Below are positions 29,518-39,562 of a stretch of DNA of 64,000 nucleotides, in pieces; positions within the stretch are counted from its first letter, which is position 1, and every line of letters begins with the position of its first letter. Source of the stretch: a bacterium. Lineage in GTDB: Bacteria; Bacillota_I; Bacilli_A; RF39; UBA660. The stretch covers positions 28,540 to 92,539 of the forward strand of contig JAWXUH010000001.1 in NCBI GenBank assembly GCA_044432745.1, written 5' to 3'. Made by a program: the position numbers and the translations under genes. The notes below the pieces were generated by a model. The model saw only the letters and a list, made by a program, of their open reading frames with translations. It ran no database searches and was not told where the DNA came from.

Positions 29518-30405
29518 TTATTCATTAAAACCGTCAAAACCTAATTCTTTTAAATATCTTTCTTTATCTTTCCAATTTTTAACTGTTTTAACATAAGTTT
29601 CTAAATAAACTTTTTTATCAAATAATCTTTCTAAATCAGCTCTTGCTTCGATTCCAACACTTTTTAGTTTTTCTCCACGTTTACCTATTATTATTTTCTT
29701 TAACGAATCTCTATCCACTATAACATCGACACTTATATTTATTATGTCTTTTTTATTTTCAAACATAGTAGTATAACATGTTAATGAATGTGGTACTTCT
29801 TCTTCTGTTTTATTAAGTAATTTCTCACGTACAAGTTCACTTGCCATAAATGAAGATGTCTGACTTGTAAACTCTTCTTCTCCAAAATATCTTATATTGT
29901 CTGTTAAATATTTTTTTATACAACTTATTAATCTATCTACATTATCATTTTTCATAGCTGATAATGGAACTATTTCTGCAAAAGGATATAAATCTTTTAC
30001 TTCAGTTATTGCTTTTAAAATTTCATCGTTTTTAAGTCTGTCTATTTTATTTAATACTAGTATAACTGGCATTGTTTCATTTTCTAACATTCTTAAAATT
30101 TTAGCATCACCTCTACCAAAGCCACTTGCTATATCTACTACAAATAATATAACATCTACATCTTTTGTTAAAGCTATTGCTTCTCTATTTAACATTTTAC
30201 CTAATTTATTATCAGGTTTACCTATACCAGGTGTATCTACAAAAACTACTTGAGTTTCTACTTCGTTATATATCCCTTGTATTACGTTTCTTGTTGTTCC
30301 TGCTTTGTCACTTACTATTGCAACTTTTTCATTTATTATTGTATTTAATAAGGTACTTTTTCCTGTATTAGGTCTTCCTATTAAACTTACAAAACCACTT
30401 CTCAT
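29518..30405 (-). CDS. era: GTPase Era.
   Basis: G1 GRPNTGKSTLLN, G3 DTPG, G4 NKID, plus a C-terminal KH domain. The ORF track start is extended. The ATG at 30403-30405 (MRSGFV) follows GGTGA and overlaps the dgkA stop (TAATG). Confidence 0.85.
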   Translation of the reverse strand: MRSGFVSLIGRPNTGKSTLLNTIINEKVAIVSDKAGTTRNVIQGIYNEVETQVVFVDTPGIGKPDNKLGKMLNREAIALTKDVDVILFVVDIASGFGRGDAKILRMLENETMPVILVLNKIDRLKNDEILKAITEVKDLYPFAEIVPLSAMKNDNVDRLISCIKKYLTDNIRYFGEEEFTSQTSSFMASELVREKLLNKTEEEVPHSLTCYTTMFENKKDIINISVDVIVDRDSLKKIIIGKRGEKLKSVGIEARADLERLFDKKVYLETYVKTVKNWKDKERYLKELGFDGFNE

Positions 30406-30818
30406 TATTTTATCACCAAACCTATCAATTTTTCTGCAAATACAAATACCAAAATTGCTATATGAGCAAATGATGCAACAGCTGCTGCTGCTGAACCACA
30501 ATCTTTTGCCGTTTTAGCATATTGATTATATTCTTTTGTTACCATATCAACTGTTGCTTCTATGGCTGTATTTAATAATTCTATACTTAATATAAAAAGA
30601 GATGACATTATTACTAATGCCCATTCATTAAAACTTATTTGAAGTAAAAAACCTACTGGTACTACAATTAATATACTTATCGCATGCAACCATAAACTTT
30701 GTTCATATTTATATGCATGTACTAAACCTTGATAAGAAAATTGAATACTTCTTATTATTCTTTTTACACCAAACTTTTTATTTTTGAAAAAACTATCTTT
30801 TTGTTTCTTTAAATCCAT
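30405..30818 (-). CDS. dgkA: Diacylglycerol kinase/undecaprenol kinase family membrane protein.
   Basis: 137 aa with three TM helices and the DgkA-like N-terminus RIIRSIQFSYQGLVHAYKYEQS. Confidence 0.7.
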   Translation of the reverse strand: MDLKKQKDSFFKNKKFGVKRIIRSIQFSYQGLVHAYKYEQSLWLHAISILIVVPVGFLLQISFNEWALVIMSSLFILSIELLNTAIEATVDMVTKEYNQYAKTAKDCGSAAAAVASFAHIAILVFVFAEKLIGLVIK

Positions 30819-31239
30819 CGAGAACTTCCTCCTGTTTTCTAAACATTTCTATTTCATCTTCTTTTTCAATATGATCATATCCTAGTAAATGTAGAAGTCC
30901 GTGAACTATTAAAAAAGATAATTCTCTTACTTCAGTATGACCATACTCTTTTGCTTGCGCCTGCATCTTAGGTATTGATATATATATATCACCTAATACG
31001 TTGATCTTACTTTTAAAATTATCATTATTGTCATTCAAAGCAAAAGATATTACATCAGTTACTGAATCTTTATTTCTATATTCTTTATTTATTCTTTGTA
31101 TTTCTGTATCATCTACAAATATTATTGTAAATAATGCTTTTTTAACCTTTTCTTTTTTTAGAACTTTTTTAATAATTTTATTTATAATTTTTGGAATTTC
31201 GTAACCATATTCATCTATAATTTCATATTCGTTTTTCAT
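30793..31239 (-). CDS. ybeY: rRNA maturation RNase YbeY.
   Basis: Metal-binding motif HGLLHLLGYDH. Confidence 0.85.
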   Translation of the reverse strand: MKNEYEIIDEYGYEIPKIINKIIKKVLKKEKVKKALFTIIFVDDTEIQRINKEYRNKDSVTDVISFALNDNNDNFKSKINVLGDIYISIPKMQAQAKEYGHTEVRELSFLIVHGLLHLLGYDHIEKEDEIEMFRKQEEVLDGFKETKR

Positions 31240-31853
31240 AATATAGTTATTACTCCTTTTACGTTTAATATATATAATATTAAAACTATAATTATTATAA
31301 TACTAATTGCGTTATAAAGTCCATCTTTTTGAAGAAATTTAGGCATTTTACTCTTAATTCCATTTAATATTTTACATATTGACCATCCTACTATAATTCC
31401 TGCTCCATTTAATATAATGTCATCTATGTCAAATGTTCTTCCTATATGGTACTGCATTATTTCTCCGCATAAACTAATTAGTATTCCTGAAAATAGTACA
31501 GATTTTAATGTTATTCTTTTTAAAAACGATGTCATGAAGTAACCAAGTGGAGCATAAAGTAATATATTTCCTACTATATTAAGCATAAATAAATCACTTA
31601 AAAATTCATATCTTAGGATTTCTTTAAATGGAATTAAATTAAATCCACTTGTTGTATTTAATTTACCATAAGATACAATTGATACTAGTAAAAAAACATA
31701 TACAATAAATAATAAATTATGTAATTCTATATATAATTTCTTTCTTTGTTTAGTCTGTTCTAAATAATTATATTTCATAACAATATATATAATTATTATC
31801 ATTATAAAAGTTGGCCACTGTGCATCTAACGTAGAGTTTATCAAGTATAACAT
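31236..31853 (-). CDS. VanZ-like family membrane protein.
   Basis: 205 aa with motifs NIVGNILLYAPLGYF and GEIMQYHIGRTFDIDDIILNGAGIIVG, typical of VanZ. Confidence 0.5.
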   Translation of the reverse strand: MLYLINSTLDAQWPTFIMIIIIYIVMKYNYLEQTKQRKKLYIELHNLLFIVYVFLLVSIVSYGKLNTTSGFNLIPFKEILRYEFLSDLFMLNIVGNILLYAPLGYFMTSFLKRITLKSVLFSGILISLCGEIMQYHIGRTFDIDDIILNGAGIIVGWSICKILNGIKSKMPKFLQKDGLYNAISIIIIIVLILYILNVKGVITIL

Positions 31854-31866
31854 AAGTACCTCTTTT

Positions 31867-32976
31867 CTATTTACTTATAATTTCGTTTGTTATCGTAAAT
31901 ATCTCTACTTCTATTGTACTATTATTTATTGTTTTTTTCAAAACTTTTTGATCAATTATAGTATCTTTATCATTTATTTTTAATAATATTTTTTCTTCAT
32001 TTAACTTAAGTGCCTTTTCTAAAGCTTCTTCTTCACTATAATATAAATACTCTTTTTTTATTTCATATTGTTTTTCTAAATATAACTTTCTACTAAACAA
32101 ATCAAATAGTATTACCTTATTAGATTTGTAATTAGATATTCTATCATTTAGTATTCTTTTTTCTTCTCCATTATACTCATATATTAAATTATATCTACTT
32201 ATTCCTGTATTTGTGTATTCATAGTATTCAAATGGTACTTTTATACTTGTTTCATACCAACTTTCTGCATGGACTGTACCTGATGCGCATACTTCGTCTT
32301 TTAATTCATCATTTAATAGTATATCTCCACTTATAAGTATATCTCCTTGATTTACGTAATCTCCTATTTTAACCATACTTATTCCACTAGATATACTTAT
32401 TGAAGTTATCATTCCATTTTTAGATGCATAAACATTGCAGTATTCATTTTCTTCTGTTAAGTTTGTAATTATTCTTTCTTCTGCTCTAATTATGTATTTC
32501 ATTCCTACTATTTCAATCTCTAGCCAATCTATTTTATCCTCATTATTATTTAATATCTCTTTTTTTATTTCTTGAATTTCTTCGTAATTCTTTTTAAAAG
32601 TTAATACTGATATATTATAGTTATCTAGTTCGTTATACAAAATATTTCTTATTTCTTTACTTTCGTGTAAAACTTCAACTGATACTATTATATTGTTTAA
32701 TATTAAAAATAAAATTAATCCTAAAATTGACGTTATAAATATTAATTTATTTTTTTTGACTAAATTTATTAAATAATATAATCCTGTACTTTCTATAATT
32801 TCAAATTTATAACTTACTATATATTTTTTTAATTTTTCATAATCTGTTGTATCTATTTTGATTAATACATAGTTATTATATTTTTTTATTTCGTGAATAC
32901 TTATTATGCATCTTACCTTATTTATTAACTTGTAGTAATTATCATATTCTGCTTTAACCCATATTTGTTTTTTCAT
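31867..32976 (-). CDS. yqfD: Sporulation protein YqfD (putative stage IV).
   Basis: 369 aa with one TM segment. Syntenic with the yqfC-yqfD-(phoH)-ybeY-dgkA-era-recO block. Confidence 0.6.
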   Translation of the reverse strand: MKKQIWVKAEYDNYYKLINKVRCIISIHEIKKYNNYVLIKIDTTDYEKLKKYIVSYKFEIIESTGLYYLINLVKKNKLIFITSILGLILFLILNNIIVSVEVLHESKEIRNILYNELDNYNISVLTFKKNYEEIQEIKKEILNNNEDKIDWLEIEIVGMKYIIRAEERIITNLTEENEYCNVYASKNGMITSISISSGISMVKIGDYVNQGDILISGDILLNDELKDEVCASGTVHAESWYETSIKVPFEYYEYTNTGISRYNLIYEYNGEEKRILNDRISNYKSNKVILFDLFSRKLYLEKQYEIKKEYLYYSEEEALEKALKLNEEKILLKINDKDTIIDQKVLKKTINNSTIEVEIFTITNEIISK

Positions 32977-33214
32977 TTTCTATTTCAAAACTCTTAATAA
33001 TACCACTAATTAACATTTCATTTGATAACATCTTTTTAACTAAGAGTTTTTCTCCTTTGATATTTAATTTAAATTTTGTAAAATCAAAAATAAGTTCGCT
33101 TTCATCGAATTTTATTATCTGATTATATCCATATAAATGTATGTGTTCTTCATACATTGATACAAAATACTCTTTATCATATAAGAAATTCTTTATATTA
33201 TTTATTAAATTCAT
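32954..33214 (-). CDS. yqfC: Sporulation protein YqfC.
   Basis: 86 aa, directly upstream of and overlapping yqfD. Confidence 0.55.
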   Translation of the reverse strand: MNLINNIKNFLYDKEYFVSMYEEHIHLYGYNQIIKFDESELIFDFTKFKLNIKGEKLLVKKMLSNEMLISGIIKSFEIENEKTNMG

Positions 33215-33235
33215 AGTTTCACCAATTAATTATAT

Positions 33236-33260
33236 GAAAAAAAGATGCTTTTTAGGCATC
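33236..33260 (-). terminator. Rho-independent terminator after valS.
   Basis: On the minus strand GATGC-CTAAAAA-GCATC is followed by TTTTTTT. Confidence 0.55.
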
Positions 33261-33272
33261 TATTATCTTTTA

Positions 33273-35804
33273 CTATATAAGTTTACTTAGTTCTTCTTTT
33301 TCTTTTTCTAAAGATTCTTTTTCTTTTTCTACTAATTCTTTTGGTGCTCTAGATACATAGTTTTCATTACTAAGTAAGTTTTCTCTTCTAGATATAGAAG
33401 CTTTTAAATTTTCTATATTCTTCTCTCTTAGAAGTTTATCTTCTTCAGTTTCTTGTTTTTCAAAATATATAACCATTTCATAGTTTTTAGTATTTACTAT
33501 AAATGATGTTTTATTTTGTTTTTCAGTTACTATTTGAGTATCTAATTTAAGTAATTTATTTATCAATGTATAATCATTTTCTTTTTCGATATATAACTCA
33601 AAATCTTTTGTTATCTTATTTTCAAGTTTTATATTTCTAAATATTTTAATAAATTCAATTGTTTCTTCTATTTTTTCAGTTTCTTCTTTATAAATTTCTT
33701 CTTTATTATATTCAGGATAACTTGATAACATTATTGACTCTTTGTTATTTATACTTATCATTTTATAAATTTCTTCTGTTATAAATGGAGTAAATGGATG
33801 CATCATTTTAAGTATTCCATTTAGTACATAAATTAATGTACTTTGAGTACTTTCTTTATCAAGTGAAAATTTACTCATTTCTATGTAATTATCACAGAAA
33901 TCAGACCAAATAAAGTTATATAAATCTGTTCCTACTAAATTGAAATCATATTTTTCCATATTCTTTTTAACTTCTTTTATTGTATTGTTATATTTTGTTA
34001 AAATCCATTTATCTTTATCTTCTAAATTAGTTAGTTTAACTTCTTTTAAATCTTCAGTATTCATAAGTACATATCTTGATGCATTCCACAGTTTATTTAA
34101 GAAATTCCATGATGCAGCAACTTTTTCTTCATCATATCTTAAATCTGTTCCTGCACTTGATGATGTAGTTAAGAAAAATCTTAGTGCATCTGCTCCATAT
34201 TTTTCAATTACGTCCATAGGATCTACACCATTACCTAGACTTTTTGACATTTTTCTACCATCTTTATCTCTTATTAATCCATGAATTAAACAATCTTTAA
34301 ATGGTCTTTTTTCAGTAAAATGTAATCCTTGGAATGTCATTCTATTTACCCAAAATGGTATTATGTCATATCCTGTTACAAGTACGTTATTAGGATAGTA
34401 TCTAGATAAATCATCTGATTTATTATCTGGCCAACCTAGAGTTGAAAAAGGCCATAATGCACTTGAGAACCATGTATCTAGTACATCTTCATCTTGAATC
34501 CAACCATCTTCTGATGGTGCATCTAATCCTACATAAATTTCATCTTCTTTGTACCATGCTGGTATTTTATGTCCCCACCATAATTGTCTTGATATACACC
34601 AATCGTATGTAATTTCCATCCAGTGAATCATTGTTTTTTCATATCTACTTGGTACAAAGTTAACTTTATTATCTTTATCCTCTTGATTTTCTAAAACTCT
34701 GTCTGCTAGTGGTCTCATTTTAACAAACCATTGATTTGATAAATATGGTTCTACTATTTCATCTGTTCTTTCAGAATGTCCAACACTATGTGTCATTTCT
34801 TCTATCTTAACTAAATTACCTAGTTCTTCTAACTTTTTAATTACTTCTTTTCTTGCTTTAACTCTATCTAAATTAACAAATCCTTCTGCTACTTCATTAA
34901 GTGTACCATCAGTGTTTAAACAATTTATTATTTCTAAATTATGTCTTTTTCCTATTTCGAAGTCATTTGGATCATGAGCTGGTGTTACTTTTAATACTCC
35001 AGTTCCAAAATCAAGTTCAACGTGTTCATCACCTACTATAGGTATTTCTCTATTTAATATAGGTAGTATTGCTTTTTTACCAATGAAATCTTTATATCTT
35101 TCATCATTTGGATTAACTGCTAGTGCTGTATCTCCAAACATAGTCTCTGGTCTTGTAGTTGCTACTTCTAAATATATATCTGTATCTTTTACTTGATAAT
35201 TTATATGATAAAAAGCACCTTTAACATCTTTATATATTACTTCTTCATTAGAAAGTGCAGTTTTTGCAAGCGGATCCCAATTTATTATTTTCTTTCCTCT
35301 ATAAATTAATCCTTCTTTATATAATTTAACAAATACTTCGTTTACTGCTTTATTTAATCCTTCATCAAGTGTAAATCTTTCTTTTGAATAACATAAACTA
35401 AGACCTAATTTAGACCACTGCGCTCTGATGTTTTCAGAATATTCTTCTTTCCAACTCCATGCATGTTTTAACCATTCTTCTCTAGATATTCCCCTTGGAT
35501 TAATTCCCATATCTTTTAACTTAGCATCTATTTTTGCTTGTGTTGCTATTCCTGCATGATCCATTCCTGGTATCCATACTGCATCAAAATTATTTAATTT
35601 TTTATAACGTATTAATATATCTTGAAGCGCTGTATCCCACGCATGACCTAAATGTAATTTACCCGTTACATTTGGTGGAGGTATCACTATAGCATACGGT
35701 TCTTTTCTTTTATCTGTTTCTAGACTTTCAAATAAATTATTTTCAAGCCAATATTTGTATTTACCCTCTTCTACTTTCTCGTGATTATATTTTGTTTCTA
35801 ACAT
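33273..35804 (-). CDS. valS: Valine--tRNA ligase.
   Basis: Class I HIGH motif [14 protein letters not shown] and KMSKS. A C-terminal coiled coil is present. The ORF track start at 35846 overlaps the T-box terminator. The ATG at 35802-35804 ([19 protein letters not shown]) sits 6 nt after AAGGAG. Confidence 0.9.
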   Translation of the reverse strand: MLETKYNHEKVEEGKYKYWLENNLFESLETDKRKEPYAIVIPPPNVTGKLHLGHAWDTALQDILIRYKKLNNFDAVWIPGMDHAGIATQAKIDAKLKDMGINPRGISREEWLKHAWSWKEEYSENIRAQWSKLGLSLCYSKERFTLDEGLNKAVNEVFVKLYKEGLIYRGKKIINWDPLAKTALSNEEVIYKDVKGAFYHINYQVKDTDIYLEVATTRPETMFGDTALAVNPNDERYKDFIGKKAILPILNREIPIVGDEHVELDFGTGVLKVTPAHDPNDFEIGKRHNLEIINCLNTDGTLNEVAEGFVNLDRVKARKEVIKKLEELGNLVKIEEMTHSVGHSERTDEIVEPYLSNQWFVKMRPLADRVLENQEDKDNKVNFVPSRYEKTMIHWMEITYDWCISRQLWWGHKIPAWYKEDEIYVGLDAPSEDGWIQDEDVLDTWFSSALWPFSTLGWPDNKSDDLSRYYPNNVLVTGYDIIPFWVNRMTFQGLHFTEKRPFKDCLIHGLIRDKDGRKMSKSLGNGVDPMDVIEKYGADALRFFLTTSSSAGTDLRYDEEKVAASWNFLNKLWNASRYVLMNTEDLKEVKLTNLEDKDKWILTKYNNTIKEVKKNMEKYDFNLVGTDLYNFIWSDFCDNYIEMSKFSLDKESTQSTLIYVLNGILKMMHPFTPFITEEIYKMISINNKESIMLSSYPEYNKEEIYKEETEKIEETIEFIKIFRNIKLENKITKDFELYIEKENDYTLINKLLKLDTQIVTEKQNKTSFIVNTKNYEMVIYFEKQETEEDKLLREKNIENLKASISRRENLLSNENYVSRAPKELVEKEKESLEKEKEELSKLI

Positions 35805-36045
35805 ATTTTTCTCCTTTAAAAAACGATAACTCTGCCTTCTTAACAAAGGACGAGAGTTACCGTGGTACCACCTTATTTTTTACTTATTTTGACTATATCG
35901 TATCAACACGTTTTAAACTCCCTACGCAACTTTCTTAATAATTTTTATACTAGTTTACATCAACCACTAGCTTTCTATAATAAAATATTATTATTACTTC
36001 CTCGTATTTCTTTGTTTAACAATAGTATTTTATCAAAAAAAAAAT
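35805..36045 (-). promoter_or_regulatory. T-box riboswitch leader (Val) upstream of valS.
   Basis: The minus-strand leader carries GAAGUAA (GUA codon plus A) in a Stem-I-like region. The T-box sequence AAUAAGGUGGUACCACGG is present. The terminator stem TAACTCT.../...AGAGTTA plus U6 ends just before the valS RBS. Confidence 0.65.
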
Positions 36046-36075
36046 ATAAACACAAGATTTATTTATATTTTTTTA

Positions 36076-36777
36076 TTAATTTTCTTTTGTTATATGACTT
36101 GATCCATCAGCGTAATTTATTGTCACTCCTGGCTCAATATTATATACAAATACATTAAATTCTATTCCATCACCATTATCTTCAACAGAGTAAGCTTCCA
36201 TAATTATACCGCTTGCTACTAAATTATCATCCTCATACACAGGAGTAATTCTATATAAAACTGTATTCTTTGTTTCTTTAATATAATCTGCTACCATGTT
36301 TTCAAAAGGGAGCATTCCACCTACATTAAATGTTCTAGTACCTGTTATTAAATTTTTCTCATTTGCATTTTCTCCAGTTAACTGAAAACCTATTAAATGA
36401 GATCTATTATATAAGTAAGTTCCACTTACAAAATCGTATGTAGCTTGTATCCATCCACTTGGAGTTACACTTGAAATACTTTCTCTATCTTCAGTTGGCA
36501 TTAATTCAATACCAATTCTAGCGTAAGCTCCTCCTGTTCTACCAAGTGTATCTAAATCACTGTAACTTTCAAATACTTCAAGTTTATAATCTTCTTCCGT
36601 AAAATAAGGAATATTATCATTTATAATATAGAATAATTCATCATTATATTCTTTAATTTCTATATTTGAATAATCTAAACCAAAAGATTCATTTAGAAAG
36701 TCAAATTCTACTCCATATGTTATTGTTAGAAATAAACCAACTACTAATAATCCAATACTTTTAAATATCTTTTCCAT
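36076..36777 (-). CDS. Secreted DNA/RNA non-specific endonuclease (NUC family, EndA/NucA-like).
   Basis: N-terminal signal or anchor MEKIFKSIGLLVVGLFLTI. The active-site region NRSHLIGFQLTGENANEKNLITGTRTFN resembles the DRGH...N motif of EndA-type nucleases. Confidence 0.55.
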   Translation of the reverse strand: MEKIFKSIGLLVVGLFLTITYGVEFDFLNESFGLDYSNIEIKEYNDELFYIINDNIPYFTEEDYKLEVFESYSDLDTLGRTGGAYARIGIELMPTEDRESISSVTPSGWIQATYDFVSGTYLYNRSHLIGFQLTGENANEKNLITGTRTFNVGGMLPFENMVADYIKETKNTVLYRITPVYEDDNLVASGIIMEAYSVEDNGDGIEFNVFVYNIEPGVTINYADGSSHITKEN

Positions 36778-36779
36778 TT

Positions 36780-37178
36780 TTATTTCCTCTCATATACTAT
36801 TTTTGTAATATTATCATGAGAATTACCTTGAAATTCTATTTTTTCTAATTCTTTATAAGCATTAAGATTTAGTTTTAAGAATTTATCTGAAGGATAATCT
36901 CTATTCCAGTAGTATACAATCAGAATATTGATATCTTTTATACTGCTTAACTCATCACATTCATAAAATACATAACTACTTTCACTAGTAGTTATATGTT
37001 GCTCTAGATTATTTTTAGTAAATATATCTAAAGCTGATTTATTTACTAAAATTTTGCTATTTTCAGCTTCTTTTATCATATCTTCTAAGACTTTAATATC
37101 ACTTGATTGTCTTTTATTAAAAAAACTTAATCCTAAGTTATTACTTACTGTTACAAAATACTTCATTTTTACCACCAT
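36780..37178 (-). CDS. Small cytoplasmic hypothetical protein directly upstream of the nuclease (candidate nuclease inhibitor/immunity protein).
   Basis: 132 aa with no signal peptide. Its stop is 2 nt before the nuclease start. The arrangement is like Bacillus nin-nucA. Confidence 0.4.
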   Translation of the reverse strand: MVVKMKYFVTVSNNLGLSFFNKRQSSDIKVLEDMIKEAENSKILVNKSALDIFTKNNLEQHITTSESSYVFYECDELSSIKDINILIVYYWNRDYPSDKFLKLNLNAYKELEKIEFQGNSHDNITKIVYERK

Positions 37179-37264
37179 AATAAGTCTATCATTTTTTTGA
37201 AAAAAAATCTATTTTTTCTTGTTTTTTTCTTCTTTTTGATATATTATATTTTGCGGGGGTTTTT

Positions 37265-38254
37265 ATGAATGATAATAATTGTAATAAAAACATATTACAT
37301 ACAAATAATATCTATAATAAAAACAAATTTGATATGGCAGAAGATGCTATTAAATTAAAAAAATATAATCTTGCTGCTTCTTACTACTTAGAGATAATGG
37401 AAAGTACTAATTTACAACATTCTAGTATTTTTAAGTTAGTAAATTTATATTATAGATGCGGGAAACTACAAGAATGTAGAGACCTTCTTACAAACTTTGA
37501 ATGCTTATCTAGAGAAGATAAAATAAGAAAATTAACTTTACTTTCTAAACTTGAAAATAAAGAATATAATTATGTTACTTCTTATAATTTAGCTAATGAA
37601 GTTATTAATAAACTTGATAAAAATGATAAATTCGCTTTATATAATAGAGCGTTATCACTTCTTAACTTAGGAGAATATAAAGAAGCTAGAGTTGATTTTA
37701 TGAAAATAAAAAATTATCCAGAACTTTACGAAGTTTCTATGATATATTTAATTAAAATAGAAATCATATTAGGAAATCTTAGACAAGCTTTTAATTTAGC
37801 TAACTCTATAATTACTTCAGATTTAAGAATTAAACAAAAAATACAATATTTTAAATATTATTTATCAAAAGAACTTAATGTACCTTTTATTAATCCTGCT
37901 GAGGATATATACAGTATTATGATCGATAAAAGTACTGATAACACAACACTTTCTAGACATATTAAAAAACACTTTAATGATTACACTAAAAGTGAATCAC
38001 TTAAGTTTTTAAATATTACAGTAGATGAACTTATTACAGAGGTTGAAGAAAGAATTAAAGAATACTATTATTCTTATGCTAAATGCTCAGATAGATATAT
38101 TGTAGAACTTCAACATGGAACAACTAGTACTGATAATGATAAAAATCATGCTACTGTTTATGTTAATTTCGATACATCTAAAATTTTAACTTTTTATCCT
38201 ATATCAGTTTCTGATCAATTTGATAAAGAAGGTTATGGAAGAATAAAAAAATAA
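37265..38254 (+). CDS. TPR-like repeat protein, paralog A of a convergent pair.
   Basis: 329 aa. Shares YALYN(R/K)A(L/V)SLLNL.EY, HI(K/N)KHFN, SYIV(E/D)L.H and the terminal (F)D.EGYGRI(K/R)K with the opposing gene. Confidence 0.5.
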   Translation: MNDNNCNKNILHTNNIYNKNKFDMAEDAIKLKKYNLAASYYLEIMESTNLQHSSIFKLVNLYYRCGKLQECRDLLTNFECLSREDKIRKLTLLSKLENKEYNYVTSYNLANEVINKLDKNDKFALYNRALSLLNLGEYKEARVDFMKIKNYPELYEVSMIYLIKIEIILGNLRQAFNLANSIITSDLRIKQKIQYFKYYLSKELNVPFINPAEDIYSIMIDKSTDNTTLSRHIKKHFNDYTKSESLKFLNITVDELITEVEERIKEYYYSYAKCSDRYIVELQHGTTSTDNDKNHATVYVNFDTSKILTFYPISVSDQFDKEGYGRIKK

Positions 38255-38280
38255 ATACTTTTATTAAAGTATTTATTTTT

Positions 38281-39255
38281 TTATTTTCTAATTCTTCCGT
38301 ATCCTTCAATATCAAATTCACTTGAGACACATACTGGATGTACTGTTAATATATTATTTTCTAAAGATGTATATATTTTTGCATAATCTACACTCTTGTT
38401 GCTGCCTACTATAGTAGTATGTGGTAAATCTACAATATATGAATTAGATGACTTACCTATAGTTAATTCATAATCTATCATTTGTTTTTCTATTTCTCTT
38501 ATAAATGATAATCTATCTTTTACATCTTCAAATTGAAGAGAATCTCCATCATTCATAGAATTAAAGTGCTTATTAATATGAAATATTAATAATCTATAAT
38601 CATCAGTTTCATCTATATTAATACTGTAATTATCAACTATTACATTATATTCTCTATTTAACATTTTTGATATATGGTATTTTAAATAATTTAATTTCTT
38701 TCTCATATTGTGGGATGTTGGAACATGTGAGTTAGCTAATATTAATGCGTTTGTGTAGTTTCCTTTCATTATTTCTATTCTTATTAAATATATATAACTA
38801 TTGTCACTTAAATCAAGACCTTTACTTAGTCTTTTAAATATTTCTTGTGCTCTATCATATTCATACAAATTTAGAAGAGATACTGCTTTATTATAAAGTG
38901 CATATGTGTTTTTACCACTAGTTTTTCTTAAAACTTCATCACTTATCTCAACTGATCTACAAAAATTATATTCATATAGATCTAGTTTAGATAAAATTGT
39001 ATTTTTATTAATTTGTTCTTCTTGATTTTTACATACATACTCATTTAACAATATTCTAGATTCATCATATTTACCTAGTTTAATATAAAGATTTGCTAAT
39101 CTATAAATCGCTTTAGAATCGTTATTATCTTTTATAATATTTAAATATATTAATTCTGCATCATTAAACTTTGAATTTCTATCATTTTCTAAAGCACAAT
39201 TTAATTTCTCGCTTAAACTTAAAAAATTAAAATCTGTTTTTTTATTAGTATTCAT
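38281..39255 (-). CDS. TPR-like repeat protein, paralog B of a convergent pair.
   Basis: 324 aa. The blocks match paralog A in the same order. The two stop codons are 26 bp apart. Confidence 0.5.
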   Translation of the reverse strand: MNTNKKTDFNFLSLSEKLNCALENDRNSKFNDAELIYLNIIKDNNDSKAIYRLANLYIKLGKYDESRILLNEYVCKNQEEQINKNTILSKLDLYEYNFCRSVEISDEVLRKTSGKNTYALYNKAVSLLNLYEYDRAQEIFKRLSKGLDLSDNSYIYLIRIEIMKGNYTNALILANSHVPTSHNMRKKLNYLKYHISKMLNREYNVIVDNYSINIDETDDYRLLIFHINKHFNSMNDGDSLQFEDVKDRLSFIREIEKQMIDYELTIGKSSNSYIVDLPHTTIVGSNKSVDYAKIYTSLENNILTVHPVCVSSEFDIEGYGRIRK

Positions 39256-39317
39256 TCGATAATCCCCTTTAATCGAACAATATAATACTACAAAAATGTC
39301 ATAAATACAATAAATAT

Positions 39318-39536
39318 TTATTTAATTAATATCACATCTGATCCTATTTTAACTATTCTAGAAAACTCTATTATTGATTCATCAGTTCTAAATACTCTTT
39401 TAAATACTTTTTTAGGTTCTGTTGAAAATCTCAATATTTTTCCTGTATCATCAATTTCTACATCAATTATTCTTCCCATATTAAAACCTGTTTCTAAATT
39501 TATTATGTCCTTTTTTTGTAAATCACTTAAGTGCAT
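39318..39536 (-). CDS. YlmC/YmxH family sporulation protein (PRC-barrel).
   Basis: 72 aa. MHLSDLQKKDIINLETGFNMGRIIDVEIDDTGKI fits the YlmC/YmxH pattern. Confidence 0.6.
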   Translation of the reverse strand: MHLSDLQKKDIINLETGFNMGRIIDVEIDDTGKILRFSTEPKKVFKRVFRTDESIIEFSRIVKIGSDVILIK

Positions 39537-39562
39537 AGTTATATCACCTTTATTAATTATAT

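Noticed and set aside
29897-30517. Plus-strand ORFs 29897..30253, 30165..30371 and 30305..30517 antisense to era
   Set aside because: These are antisense to a highly conserved GTPase. They have Leu/Phe-rich compositions typical of reverse frames in AT-rich DNA.
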